Positions 52,801-64,000 are shown, counted from the first letter of the stretch. The stretch is DNA of 64,000 bases from Mobula hypostoma (GCF_963921235.1 NC_086108.1:82338001-82402000); one strand, 5' to 3'. Translations and numbers: made by a program. Notes: generated by a model from the sequence alone, not told the origin.

Positions 52801-54960
52801 GTTTGGCTGGATGCTGGAGGCTTGGCCAGAGGCTGGAGGCTTCACCAGAGGCTGGAGGCTGGAGGCTTGGCTGGAGGCTGGAGGCCAGAGGTCGGAGGCT
52901 CGGCCGGAGGCTGGAGGCTGGAGGCTTAGCCAGAAGCCGGAGGTCGGAAGCTTAGCTGGAGGCTGGAGGCTTGGCCGGAGGCTGGAGGCTGGAGGCTTGG
53001 CCAGAGGCCGGAGATCGGAGGCTTGGCCGGAGGCCGGATGCTGAAGGATTGGCCAGAGGCTGGAGGCTGGAGGCCGGAGGTTGGAGGCTTGGCCGGAGGT
53101 CGGAGGCTTGGCCGGAGCCTGGAGGCTGGAGGCCGGAGTTTGTAGGCTTGGCTGGAGGCTTGGCTGGAAGCTTGGCCAGAAGCCGGAGGCCGGAGGCTTG
53201 GCAGGAGGCCGGAGATCGGAAGCTTAGCCGGAGGCTGGAGGCTTGGCCAGAGGCCAGAGGTCTGAGGCTTGGCCGGAGGCCGGAGGCTGGAAGCTTGGCC
53301 AGAGGTCGGAGGCTTGGCCGGAGGCTGGAGGCTTGGCCAGAGGCCAGAGATTGGAGGCTTGGCCGGAGGCTGGAGGCTGGAGGCTTGACCGGAGGCTGGA
53401 GGCTGGAGGCTTGGCCAGAGGCTGGAGGCTGGAGGCTTGGCCAGAGGCTGGAGGCTGGAAGCCAGAGGTCAGAGGCTTGGCCGAAAGCTTGAGGCCAGAG
53501 GCTTGGCCGGAGGCTGGAGCCTGAAGGATTGGCCGGTGGCCGGAGGTCGGTGGCTTGGCTGGAGGCTGGAAGCTGGAGGCTTGTCCGGGGGCCAGAGGCC
53601 GGAGGCCAGAGATCGGAGGCTGGAGGCTGGAGGCTGGAGGCCAGAGGTCAGAGGCTTGGCCGGAAGCTTGAGGCCAGAGGTTTGGCCGGAGGCTGGAGGC
53701 TTGGCCAGAGGCTGGAGGTTTGGCTGGAGGCTGGAGGCTTGGCTGGAGGCTGGAGGCCAGAGGTCAGAGGCTTGGCCGGAGGCTGGAGGCTGGAGGCTTG
53801 GCCAGAAGCTGGAGGCCGGAGGCTTGGCTGGAGGCCGGAGGTCGGAAGCTTAGCTGGAGGCTGGAGGCTTGGCCAGAGGCTGGAGGCTGGAGGCTTGGCC
53901 GGAGGCTGGGGGCTGGAGGCTGGAGGCTTGGCCAGAGGCCGGAGATCGGAGGCTTGGCAGGAGGCCGGAGATCGGAAGCTTAGCCGGAGGCTGGAGGCTG
54001 GAGGCTGGAGGCTTGGCCAGAGGCTGGAGGTCGGAGGCTTGGCTGGAGGCTGGAGGCCAGAGGTCGGAGGCTTGGCTGGAGGCTGGAGGCTTGTCTGGAG
54101 GCCGGAGGCCAGAGATCGGAGGCTGGAGGCTGGAGGCCAGAGGCCGGAAGCTGGAAGCCAGAAGTCAGCTTGGCTGGAAGCTTGAGGCCAGAGGCTTGGC
54201 CGTAGGCTGGAGGCTGAAGGATTGGCCGGAGGCCGGAGGTTGGAGGCTTGGCCGGAGGCTGGAGGCTGTAGGCTAGAGGTCGGAGGCTTGGCCGGAAGCT
54301 GGAGGCTGGTGGCTGGAGGCTGAAGGATTGGCCAGAGGCCGGAGGCTGGAGGTCGGAGGCTTGGCCGGAGGCTGGAGGCTTGGCTGGAAGCTTGGCCAGA
54401 AGCCGGAGTCCAGAGGCTGGAGGCTTGGCCAGAGGCTGGAGGCCGGAGGTTGGAGGCTTGGCCGGATGTCGAAGGCTTGGCCGGAGGCTGGAGGCTTGGC
54501 TGGAGGCCGGAAGCTTGGCTGGAGGCTTGGCTGGAGGCTGGAGGCTTGGCCAGAAGCTGGAAGCTGAAGGCTTGGCTGGAGGCTTGGCCAGAGGCTGGAG
54601 GCTGGAGGCCAGGCCAGAGGCTGGAGGCCAGAGGTCGGAGGCTTGGCCGGAGGCTGGAGGTTGGAGGCTTGGCTGGAGGCCGGAGTGCAGAGGCTTGGTC
54701 AGAGGCCGGAGTCCGGAGGCTTGGCCGGAGGCTGGAGTGCAGAGTCTGGAGGCTGGAGGCTTGGCTGGAGGTTTGGCTGGGGGTTGGAGGCTTGGCCAGA
54801 GGCTAGAGGCTTGGCCGGGGGGTGGAGTCCAGAGGCTTGGCGGGGGGCTGGATGATTGGCCGGAGGCTGGAGTGCAGAGGCTGGAGGCTTGGCTGGAGGT
54901 TTGGCCGGAGGCTTGGCCGGAGGCCGGAGGCTAGGTGCTTGGCCGGGGGCTGGAGGCTAG
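46817..54960 (+). repeat. ~8.1 kb G-rich tandem array built from GGAGGCT (7-mer) and GGAGGCTTGGCY (12-mer) variants
   Basis: Directly visible. Variant units GGAGGCC, GGAGGTC, AGAGGCT and GAAGGATTGGCC are interspersed. Confidence 0.98.
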
Positions 54961-54991
54961 AATCTCCTTCTGAGCAGGGCGTGGATCACCA

Positions 54992-55220
54992 CCCGACAGA
55001 GGCAAGGGACAGGAAGGGACAGAACCAACCGCAGGTAACGGCAAGACGGCCTGGCTTACCCGACGGAGGCAAGGGTTAGGAAGGGACAGAACCAACTGTA
55101 GGTAACGGCAATACAGCCTGGCTTACCCGACGGAGGCAAGGGTTAGGAAGGGACAGAACCAACCGCAGGTAACGGCAGGACGGCCTGGCTTACCTGACAG
55201 AGGCAAGGGTTAGGAAGGGA
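54992..55220 (+). repeat. 67-bp tandem repeat, about 3.4 copies
   Basis: Unit cccgacggaggcaagggttaggaagggacagaaccaac...gcctggctta starts at 54992, 55059, 55126 and 55193. Confidence 0.92.
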
Positions 55221-55596
55221 GCTAGGTACGGGGTGGCTCCAGGACCAGACTGCAGGAAAGACAAGGCAAGAGTTACCAGCAAGACCAGGCAAGGCTTCAG
55301 GCAATGCAAGGCGAAACGAGAACTTCAGGCGAGGCGAGAGTTACTGACAAAACAACACAAGGCTTCAGGCGAGGAAACAGAAGGCAGAGGAAGGGATACA
55401 AGGAGTAAGGACAAGAACAATCCAGCAGCCACACCCTGGTCTCTGAAGGTATTTATGCAGCCAGCCCCAACGAGCATCAGCTGCCTCAATTAGAGCTCAA
55501 CAAGAACAGAAACAGGGTAGACAGGAAAACCTGGATCAAGGGTCGATGGACCGGACCGTGAACCGGAATACGGACTTCCCGGATCGGACTATGACA

Positions 55597-56114
55597 CTCT
55601 GATCAACAGTGCCACACTCGCACCTCTTTTGCCTCCTTCCCTGTCCTTTCTGAAACATCTAAAGCCCGGCACTCGAAGTAGCGATTCTTTCCCCTGCAAA
55701 ATCCAAGTCTCTGTAATGGCCACAATATCACAGCTCCAAGCGCTGATCCACGCTCTAAGCTCATCTGCTTTATTGGCAATACTCCTCGCATTAAAATAGA
55801 CACAACTCAAACCATCAGTCTGAGCGCGTCCCTTCTCTAACACCTGCCTATCCTCCCTTTTGCACTGTCTTCAAGCTTGCTCTATTTGTGAGCCAACCTC
55901 CCCTTCCTCCATCTCTTCAGTTCAGTTCCCACCCCCCAGCAATTCTAGTTTAAACTCTGCCCAATAGCCTTAGCAAACCTTCCCGCCCGGATATTGGTCC
56001 CCCTCAGATTCAAGTGCAACCCATCCCTTTTGTACAGGTTACACCTGCCTCAGATGTCCCAGTGATCCAGTAATCTGAATCCCTGCCCCCTGCTCCAATC
56101 CCTCAGCCAAGCAT
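55597..56114 (-). mobile_element. CR1 endonuclease N-terminus and ORF1 end
   Basis: Peptide LSCVYFNARSIANKADELRAWI...VAITETW...VALLIR. Confidence 0.88.
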
Positions 56115-56325
56115 AGATAGAATTTTGTTTTACTCCCAACATAAACCTCTGGCCCTCTGCCAGCCAATGTGCTTTCCTACTGCTCAGAAAGTGACCTGAA
56201 ACTGCTCATTAAAATAAAAGCTAAATGTGTTTAATTACAGAGTAAAAACGAACAATTGCCTGAAGGGCAGAGCAGGAATGGTTCTGGAGGACTGGAAAAT
56301 TGCAAATGTTACTCCACTCTTTAAG

Positions 56326-58812
56326 AATCAGAGTGCCAGAAAAGTTAGTGGAGCGGTTGTGGAGACAGATGTTGGCAAGACCTTAGACAAAGTTACAATC
56401 GAAAGGTTGAGCATAGTGCTGCTAGTGTCCTTAGCTGCATGTATTTCAATGCAAGAAGTGTCAAAGGAAAGGCAGATCAGCTCAGGGCATGGATCAACAC
56501 CTGGAATTCTGATATTGTAGCCAGCAGTGAAACTTGGTTGCCGGGGTGGGGGGGGGGGGAGGAGGTGCAGGACTGGCAGCTCAATATTTTGGAATTCTGT
56601 TGCTTTAGAAGTGACAGAGTGGAAGGAATTAAAGGAGGAGGGGGTGGCGTTACTACTAAGAGAAAATGTTGCAACAATACTCTGTCAGGACAGACTGGAG
56701 AACTCGTCTAAGGAGGCATTATGGACGGAACTGGAAAATAAGAAAGGAATAACCATGTTAATGGGGCTATGTTACAGACCAGACCACTGCAGGACTTAGA
56801 GGAACAAATTTGTAGTGATTGCAGACTTTTACAAGAAACGTAAGGTTGTTTTAGTAGGTGATTTTAACTTTCCACATATTGGGTGGGAGTCCCATACTGT
56901 AAAAGGACTAGATGGGATAGAGTTTGTCAAATGTGTTCAGGGAAGTTTCCTTAATCAGTACATAGAAGTCCCAATGAGAGAGAGTGTGATACTTGCTCTC
57001 CTGTTAGAGAATGAGACAGGGCAGGTGACAGAAATTTGTGTTGGGGAATGCAAGTATCTCGTGCTCACAATACCATTAGTTTTAAAGTAAATATGCAAAA
57101 AGATAGGTCTGGTCTGTGGGTTGAGATTCTAAATTGCAGAAAGGCCAGTTTTGATGGTATCAGAAATGATCTGGTAAGTGTGGATTGGGACAGGCTGTTT
57201 TCTGGTAAAGGTGTACTTAGTAAGTGGGAGGCCTTCAAAAGCGAACTTTTGAGAGTACAAAACTTGAATGTGCCTGTCAGAATAAAAGATAGAGATTACA
57301 AAGGAAGAGGTGTTTGCTGTCCTGACGCAGATCAGGGTGGATAGATCACCAGGGCCTGACAAGGTGCTCCCTCAGACCCTAAGGGACAAGTGTAGAAATT
57401 GCCAGGGCACTAGCAGAGATATTTAAATCATCCTTAGTGACAGGAGAGGGACCAGAGGAATGGAGGATAGCCAACGTTGTTCCATTGTTTAAGAAAGGCT
57501 ATCAGCATAAACCAGGAAGTTATAGGCTGCTGAGTCTGACATCAGTAGAGGGAGAATTTTTGGAAGGTATTCTAAGAGACCGGATATATAAGTATTTGGA
57601 TAGACACTGACTGATTAAGGATAGTCATCATGGCTTTGTGCGTGGTAGGTCATGACTAACCAATCTTATAGAGTTTTTTGAGGAAGTTACCAGGAAAGTG
57701 GATATTCTCTACAAGGACTTCAGCAATGTACTTGACAAGGTCCTGCATGGGAGGGTGGTCAAGAAATTTTTGTTGCTCGGCAGTCAAGACGAAGTAGTAC
57801 AGTATATTATATTAGACATTGGCTTTGTGAGAGAAGCCAGAGAGTGGTATTAGGTAGTTTCCTTTCTGACTGGAGGCCTGTGACTGGTGGAGTGCCGCAG
57901 GGATTGGTGTTGGGTCTGTTGTTGTTTGTCATCTGTAACAATCTGGATGATAATGTGGTTAACTGGATCAGCAAATTTGCGGATGACACCAAGATTTTTG
58001 TGTGTAGTGGACAGTGAGGAAGGCTATCATGGCTTGCAGAGGGATCTGGATCAGCTGGAAAAATGGGCTGAAAAATGACAGATGGAATTTAATACAGACA
58101 AGTGTGAGGTATTGCCTTTCAGTAGGACCAACCAGGGTATGCCTTATGCTGTAAATGTTAGAGCCCTGAGGAGTGTGATAGAACAAAGGGATCTGGGAAT
58201 ACAGGTCATAGTTTGTTGAAAGTGGCGTTACAGGTAGATAGGGCCGTAAAGAAAGCTTTTGGCACATTGACCTTCCTAAATTGAAGTATTGAATGCAGGA
58301 GATGGGATGTTATGTTGAGGTTGTATAAGACTTTCATGAGGCCTAATTTGGAGTATTGTATGCAGTTTTGGTCACTTACCTATAGGAAAGATGTAAATAA
58401 AGTTGAAAGAGTACAGCAAGAATTTACAAGGATGTTGCTGGGCCTGGTGGACCTGAGTTATAAGGAAAGATTGAATAGGTTGAAGAGTGTAGAAGACTGA
58501 GAGGAGATCTGATGGAGGTATACAAAACTATGATGGGTATAGATAGGCTAAATGCAAGCAGGCTTTTTCCACTGAGGTTGGGTGGGACTACAACAAGAGT
58601 TCATGGGTTAAAGGTGAAAGGTGAAAAGTTTAAGGGGAATGTGAGGGGTAGCTTCTTCACTCAGGCAGTTGTGAGAGTGAGGGGTGAGCTGCCAGCACAA
58701 GTGGTGCATGCAAGCTTGATTTCAACATTGAAGCGAAGTTTGAATAGGTGCATGGATGATAGGGGTATGGAGGGCTATGGTCCCTGTGAAGGGTTATTGA
58801 GAGTAGGCAGTT
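56326..58812 (+). mobile_element. CR1 with internal deletion, nested in another CR1
   Basis: Peptides YFNARSVKGKADQLRAWI, GDFNFPHIGW, FADDTK and RPNLEYCMQFWS. The sequence jumps near 57300. Confidence 0.88.
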
Positions 58813-61585
58813 TTAAAGGAAATTATAGGCCAGTTATCCTATCTTCAGTGATTGGGAAGATGTTGGAGTTGATTGTTAAAGATGAGGTTTCGGGGTACTT
58901 GGAGGTACATGATAAAATAGGCCAAAATGAGCATGGTTTCCTCAAGGGGAATATCTTACCTGACAATTTTGTTGAAATAACAGGTAGGATAAGCAAAGGA
59001 GAGCTAGAAAATGTTGGTTACTTCAATTTTCAGCAGGCCTCTGACAAGATGCTGCACATGAGGCTGCTTAACAAGATTAGATCCCATGGTATTACAGAAA
59101 AGATACTGGCACAGATAGAAGATTGATTGGCTGATTGGCAGGAGGCAAAGAGTCAGAATAAAGGGGGCCTATTCTGGTTGGGTGCTGGTGACAAGTGGTG
59201 TTCTACGGTGGTCAGTATTGGGACCGCTTCCTTTCACGTTATATGTGAATGATTTGGATGATGGAATTGATGGCATTGTGGCCAAGCTTGCAGATGATAC
59301 GAAGATAGGAGGAGGGGCAGGTACGTTAAGGAATCAGGGAGTCTGCAGAAGGACTGGGAAGAATGGGCAAAGATATGGCAGATGGAATATAGTCTATGGA
59401 AGTGTGTGGTTTTGCCCTTTGGTAGAAGGAATAAAAGCACAGACTATTTTCTAAACGGGGTGAAATTCAAAAATCGGAGTTGCAAAGGGTGTCTTTGTGC
59501 GGGGTTCAATAAAGGTTAACTTGCAGGTTGAGTCAGAAGGAAGGTAAATGCAACACTCGCATTCAGTTTGTGAGGACTAGAGTATAAGAGTAAGGATATT
59601 GTGCTAAGTCTTTATAAGGCATTGGTCAGAATGTAACAATTGTGAGCAGTTTTGGATCCATTACCTAAGAAAAGATATACTGCAGAGGGTCCAGAGGAGA
59701 TTGACAAGAATTATTTCAGGAATGAAAGGGTTAAAGTATGAAGAGTGTTTGATGGCTCTGGATCTCTGCTCACTGGAGTTTAGAAGAACGAGGGGGTTCT
59801 CACTGAAACCTATCGAGTAATGAAAGGCTAGACAGAATGGATGTGGAGAGGATGTTTCATGTAGTGGGTGAGCCTAGGACCAGAGGGCAGAGCCTCAGTA
59901 TGGAGCAACGCCCATTTCTAACAGTTGAGAGAAATTTCTTTTGCCAGATGGTGGTGAATCTGTGGAATTCAATACCGCAGGGAACTATGTCACTCCACTC
60001 TTCAAGAAGGGAGCGAGGCAGAAGAAAGGAAATTTTAGGCCAATTAGTCTGACCTCAGTGGTTGGGAAGATGTTGGAATTGATTGTTAAGGATGTGGTTT
60101 CGAGGTACTTGGAGGCACATGATAAAATAGGCCATAGTCAGCATAGTTTCCTCAAGGGGAAATCTTGCCTGACAAATTTGTTGGAATTCTTTGAAGAAAT
60201 AACAAGTAGGATAATCAAATGAGAATCAGTTGATGTTGTATACTTGGATTTCCAGAAGGCCTTTGACAAGGTGCCACACATAAGGCAGCTTAACAAGTTA
60301 AGAGCTGATGGTATTACAGGAAAGGTAATTGCATGTATAAAGCTGTAGCTGATTGGCAGGAGGAAAAAGGTGGCAATAAAAGGAACCTTTTCTGATTGGC
60401 TGCTGGTGACTAGTGGTGTTCCACAGGGATCTGTGTTGGGATTACTTATTTTATGTTGTATATCAATGACTTGGATGATGGAATTGATGGCTTTGTTTCA
60501 AATTTTGGAGATGATATGAAGATAGATGGAGGGGCAGGTAGTTTTGAGGAAGTAGAGAGGTTGCAAAGGACTTGGGCAGATTAGGAAAATGGTCAAAGAA
60601 GTGGCAGATGGAATACAATGTTAGGAAGTGTATGGTCATGCACTTTGATAGAAAAAAATGAAAGGATTGACTATTTTCTAAATGGAGAGAAAATACGAAA
60701 AAACTGAGGCACAAAGGGACTTGGGAGTTCTTGTGCAGGTTCCCTAAAGGTTAATTTGCAATTTGAATCTGTGGTGAAGAAGGCATGTATGATGTTAGCA
60801 TTCATTTCAAGAGGACTAGAACATACAAGCAGGGATGTAATGTTGAGGCTTTATAAAGCACTGGTGAGGCCTCACTTGGAGTATTGTGAGCAGTTTTGGT
60901 CCCCTTTTCTCAGAAAGGATGTATTGACATTGGAGAGGGTTCAAAGGAGGTTCACAAAAATGATTCCAGGATTGAATAGCTTTTCATATGAAGAGCATTT
61001 GATTGCTCTGGGCCAGTATGCACTAGAATTCAAAAGAATGAGGGGGTGACCTAATTGCAATATATCAAATGGTGAAATTACTCAATAGAGTGGGTGTGGA
61101 GAGCAAGTTTCCCATGGTGGGAGAGTCTAAGACCAGAGGACACAGAGGGATGTCCGTTTAGAAAGGAGGTGAGGAGGAATTTCTTTAGCCAGAGAGTGGT
61201 GAATCTTTATGTACATTTAAGGCAGAGGTTGAAAGATTCTTGATTGATCAGAGCATGAAGGGGTATGGAGAGAAGGCAGGAGATTGGGGCTGTGAAGAAT
61301 GATGGATTAGCTATGATGAAATGGTGGAGCAGACTCGATGGGCCAAATGGCCTAATCCTGCTTTTATACCTTATGGTCTTATGATCTACGGAGGCCTTGT
61401 CATTGATTATATTTAAAGCAGAGGTTGATAGGTTCTTGATTGGTCAGGGTGTCAAACTTATGGGGAGAAGGCAGAAGAATGAGTTTGAGAGGGATAGTAA
61501 ATCAGACACGATTGAATTGTGGAGAAGACTTAATGGGCTGAGTGGCTTAGTTCTGCTCCTACGTCTAATGGTCTTGTGGTCTAAA
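58813..61585 (+). mobile_element. CR1 RT and 3' end with a second related CR1 copy (about 59985-61385) inserted
   Basis: Two successive RT segments (KGNYRPV.. at 58815 and KGNFRPISL at 60025). The 3' end of the first copy resumes at about 61386. Confidence 0.85.
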
Positions 61586-62010
61586 TAGATACCTAATCTA
61601 ATTTTTAAGCTAAGTTTGGTGTTAGAATAAAATTTAAGCGTTAAATATAATTAACTTTAATTTGTTAATAATAAATTAGCCAGTTTGAAACACGCCCAAT
61701 TGAACAGTCCCCAGTTACAGTACTTGTGATTGCCTTTTGCCCATCAGTTTAGCAGGAAACAGTGTCTAATGTGAAGGAAAAAAAAGACAAAAATATAAAT
61801 ATTCATTGGGAAAAGCTGCAAAAAATATTGCGTAGTCTGTTTGGTGATTTGTTTTTGGCATGTTGCTGTGTTCAGGGAGTGAGTCTACTGTTGTTAAGGT
61901 GCCACATTCAAAATCATTGCAGAATATAGCTGTGTGAAAAACTAATGAACATATTAGCCATTGTACTTATTTTGATGTCCCATTTTCAAACCAATTTTAT
62001 TTCCCTGTAG

Positions 62011-62166
62011 TTCATCTCTATTATTGCAATCTCCATTATCCTATCTTTGAAACTGATGAGATGGCTGGAGATGAGGAACTGTCGCAAATTGATTTTGAAA
62101 GTTCGCTCAAGGAGGGAAAAATCTTTAAAAGACATGAGAACCATTATGGATAGGATTAAAACAATG
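62011..62166 (+). CDS. FAAH: Probable FAAH-like (fatty-acid amide hydrolase) N-terminal exon
   Basis: ttccctgtag|TTC...ATG|gtaaga, 156 nt, open frame FISIIAISIILSLKLMRWLEMRNCRKLILKVRSRREKSLKDMRTIMDRIKTM. A hydrophobic stretch, RW and a basic helix end in phase 0, like FAAH exon 1 (..ALRW..RARQRQRAGLENMDRAAQRFRLQ). Synteny with UQCRH-NSUN4 supports it. No amidase domain is in the window. Confidence 0.65.
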
Positions 62167-63689
62167 GTAAGAGCTTAAGACTTCTAGCATCTTCCTGGTT
62201 ATCAACAGAAGGCCCTGTTTGGATTTCAGCGTTTTCTTGTCTATATGATTAAATTATATTCCTAAATAAACCTTTTGAACAATTGTGAAATAGTGGATAA
62301 CTGCTGGCAAATATCCATAGTTATCAAAAATGATTCTGGGGATTATCAATGTTGTCTGGACAGATTTGTCATCTGGAGTGTGCTGAGAATTTTAGTAGCT
62401 TTAGAAATAGGTAGGGTTGGTAACCCAGCCTTTTTTTTGGCTGTTTACATCATGAAAACAATTTGTCTTCATTTGGGAGAATGACCCTGTAGAATTGTAT
62501 ATTTGCATGGGATGGATTGCCCCTAATCCACATTCTTTTCAGATTCAGCATGAGGAATTATAAAATCACCAACTTTATTTGGAGAAAGAATTTGTTTTTC
62601 CTTTAGACAAATGCTTCATTACCCACATGTGCCAGCATTTGCCCATATCATACCATTAAGATTACCTTCTACCACTAGCTTACCACTGTCATCTTGCATA
62701 AGTGTACCTCAATTGTGTTCTTGCCACAGAAGTCATTCACCATGTGGAAGTGTTGCTGACCTCAGTAATTTGTACAAGATCAGAAAAGCCAGGAAACAAG
62801 TTTTCTGCCTGTTTGTTATCATTGTATTATTGGGATAGGGCAGATTATGTCAGTCACCAAACCTTCCTGGACCTGAACATTGTTTACTGTAATCTCTGCC
62901 GCAAAGTTCAAAGTACAGTCACAACGTAAAAAAACTGGCATATAAGCATTTGAGTTGATTTAAAAGTCCTCGTTAAGGTCACATTTCAGGTGTTTTTGTA
63001 CAACTGTACTGCTCACAACTGCCTGGTGTGTGGCTTTTGGCTTTTGTAGACTCCTTATCACGCATGTCCCATGTCTCCTGACCATCCACCAAAATTTACT
63101 TTGACAAAATCACACGTTTCTTGACATAAACAATGACACAGGTTAAATTATGTTTGAAATCCATATTGTGCTCACCCTCATTTTTAAAGCTAATCAAGTT
63201 GTAAGTATACTAGAATATGAATCTATAGTTTGAGGTTAAAGAACCAGCCATGGAGGATTGTGATGAGGAGAACATTCTTTACTTAGAGGTTTATAAATCT
63301 TTGGCAATCTCTATCCCAGAAAGCTATGTATGCACAGCCATTGAATAGGTTCAAGATTAGGTCTGATTTTCCACTTAAACTCTAATTAGATCAAGGAACA
63401 TGAAGGCTGAAAAAAGGAATTCAGTTACAGGATGAGCCATACTATTATTAAATAGCATAGCAGGCTCAAAGAGCTTTTCTGTCTTTTATCTTCATAATTA
63501 TGCAGTTGTAAGTTCAGAAATATTATTTTGCATCTTATCAAGATTGTTGGGATCAAAGACTACTGCATGCTTTCCTCACAGGGAAGTATTATTTGTACCA
63601 CTTTGCTCGATCCATTTTGGGCCAGAATTTCTATATATCAGCCCAGTTAAAGAATATACAAGATTAAAAGATAACCTTAAAAAAATTAC

Positions 63690-63960
63690 CTTTACATTTG
63701 TCACATGTACATCGAAACATACAGTGAACTGCACTGTTTGAGTCAAATCAGATTAGTGAGGATTGTGCTGGGCAGCCGGCAGGTGTGGGCACACAGCATA
63801 CTCACAACGCACAGAGCCTAACCCATATGTCTTTGGACTGTGGGAGGAAACCCACACAGTTACAGGGAGAACACACACATTTCTTGAACTGAGCCCTGAT
63901 CTTACAGTTGACTGCTGTATGACGTTGGGCTTATGACTATGTGGCTGTGCTGCTAATTCT
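63690..63960 (-). mobile_element. SINE-like repeat
   Basis: Core gtctttggactgtgggaggaaacccacacag is shared with about 15590. Confidence 0.5.
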
Positions 63961-64000
63961 GAATGAGGACGCACCATATCACCCATTTCAGTTTCCAGTT

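Larger units (their letters stand above)
45868..55596 (-). mobile_element. Composite LTR-like insertion hosting the 8 kb tandem array
   Basis: Termini TGTCA.../...TGACA. On minus, a TATA-like gcataaatacc near 55450 and AATAAA near 45955. No TSD. Flanked on both sides by minus-strand CR1. Confidence 0.65.

Noticed and set aside
46971..55079. Dozens of long overlapping ORFs (up to 369 aa) rich in GGWRLEA, or SLQPPA on minus
   Set aside because: The 7-mer GGAGGCT has no stop in any frame and yields the same peptide in all three frames. Frames break at random variant units, and there is no codon-phase preservation.
54992..55220. Regular repeats superficially like a CRISPR array
   Set aside because: Head-to-tail 67-bp units with no unique spacers, no cas genes, and a eukaryotic context.
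62275..63741. Short ORFs as possible FAAH exon 2
   Set aside because: None resembles the expected NPxLD..L.L...LV.KL segment or has fitting splice sites.

Overview
Repeat-dense vertebrate genomic DNA. The repeat complement (CR1, Penelope-like, Rex1/Babar, HE1-type SINEs) suggests a cartilaginous fish, probably a ray; this is an inference. Genes, all on +: the last two coding exons of UQCRH (707-868, 1575-1607); a complete 6-exon NSUN4 (14562-28553, 425 aa, canonical GT-AG junctions with matching phases); and a probable FAAH-like N-terminal exon (62011-62166). This matches the UQCRH-NSUN4-FAAH order known from human 1p33. Most of the rest is degraded retroelements, plus two solo LTRs with TSDs, a PIF/Harbinger deletion derivative and an intronic L1 3' end. 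The most unusual region is about 35.8-61.6 kb, a multi-layer nested insertion. A CR1 is split by a ~19 kb TG...CA element that looks like a relic two-LTR provirus. Inside it are further CR1s, a Penelope-like element with a minimal hammerhead ribozyme motif, and a chimeric LTR carrying an ~8 kb G-rich (GGAGGCT)n-derived tandem array. The long ORFs in that array are repeat artefacts. Boundaries of degraded repeats are approximate. No database searches were run.
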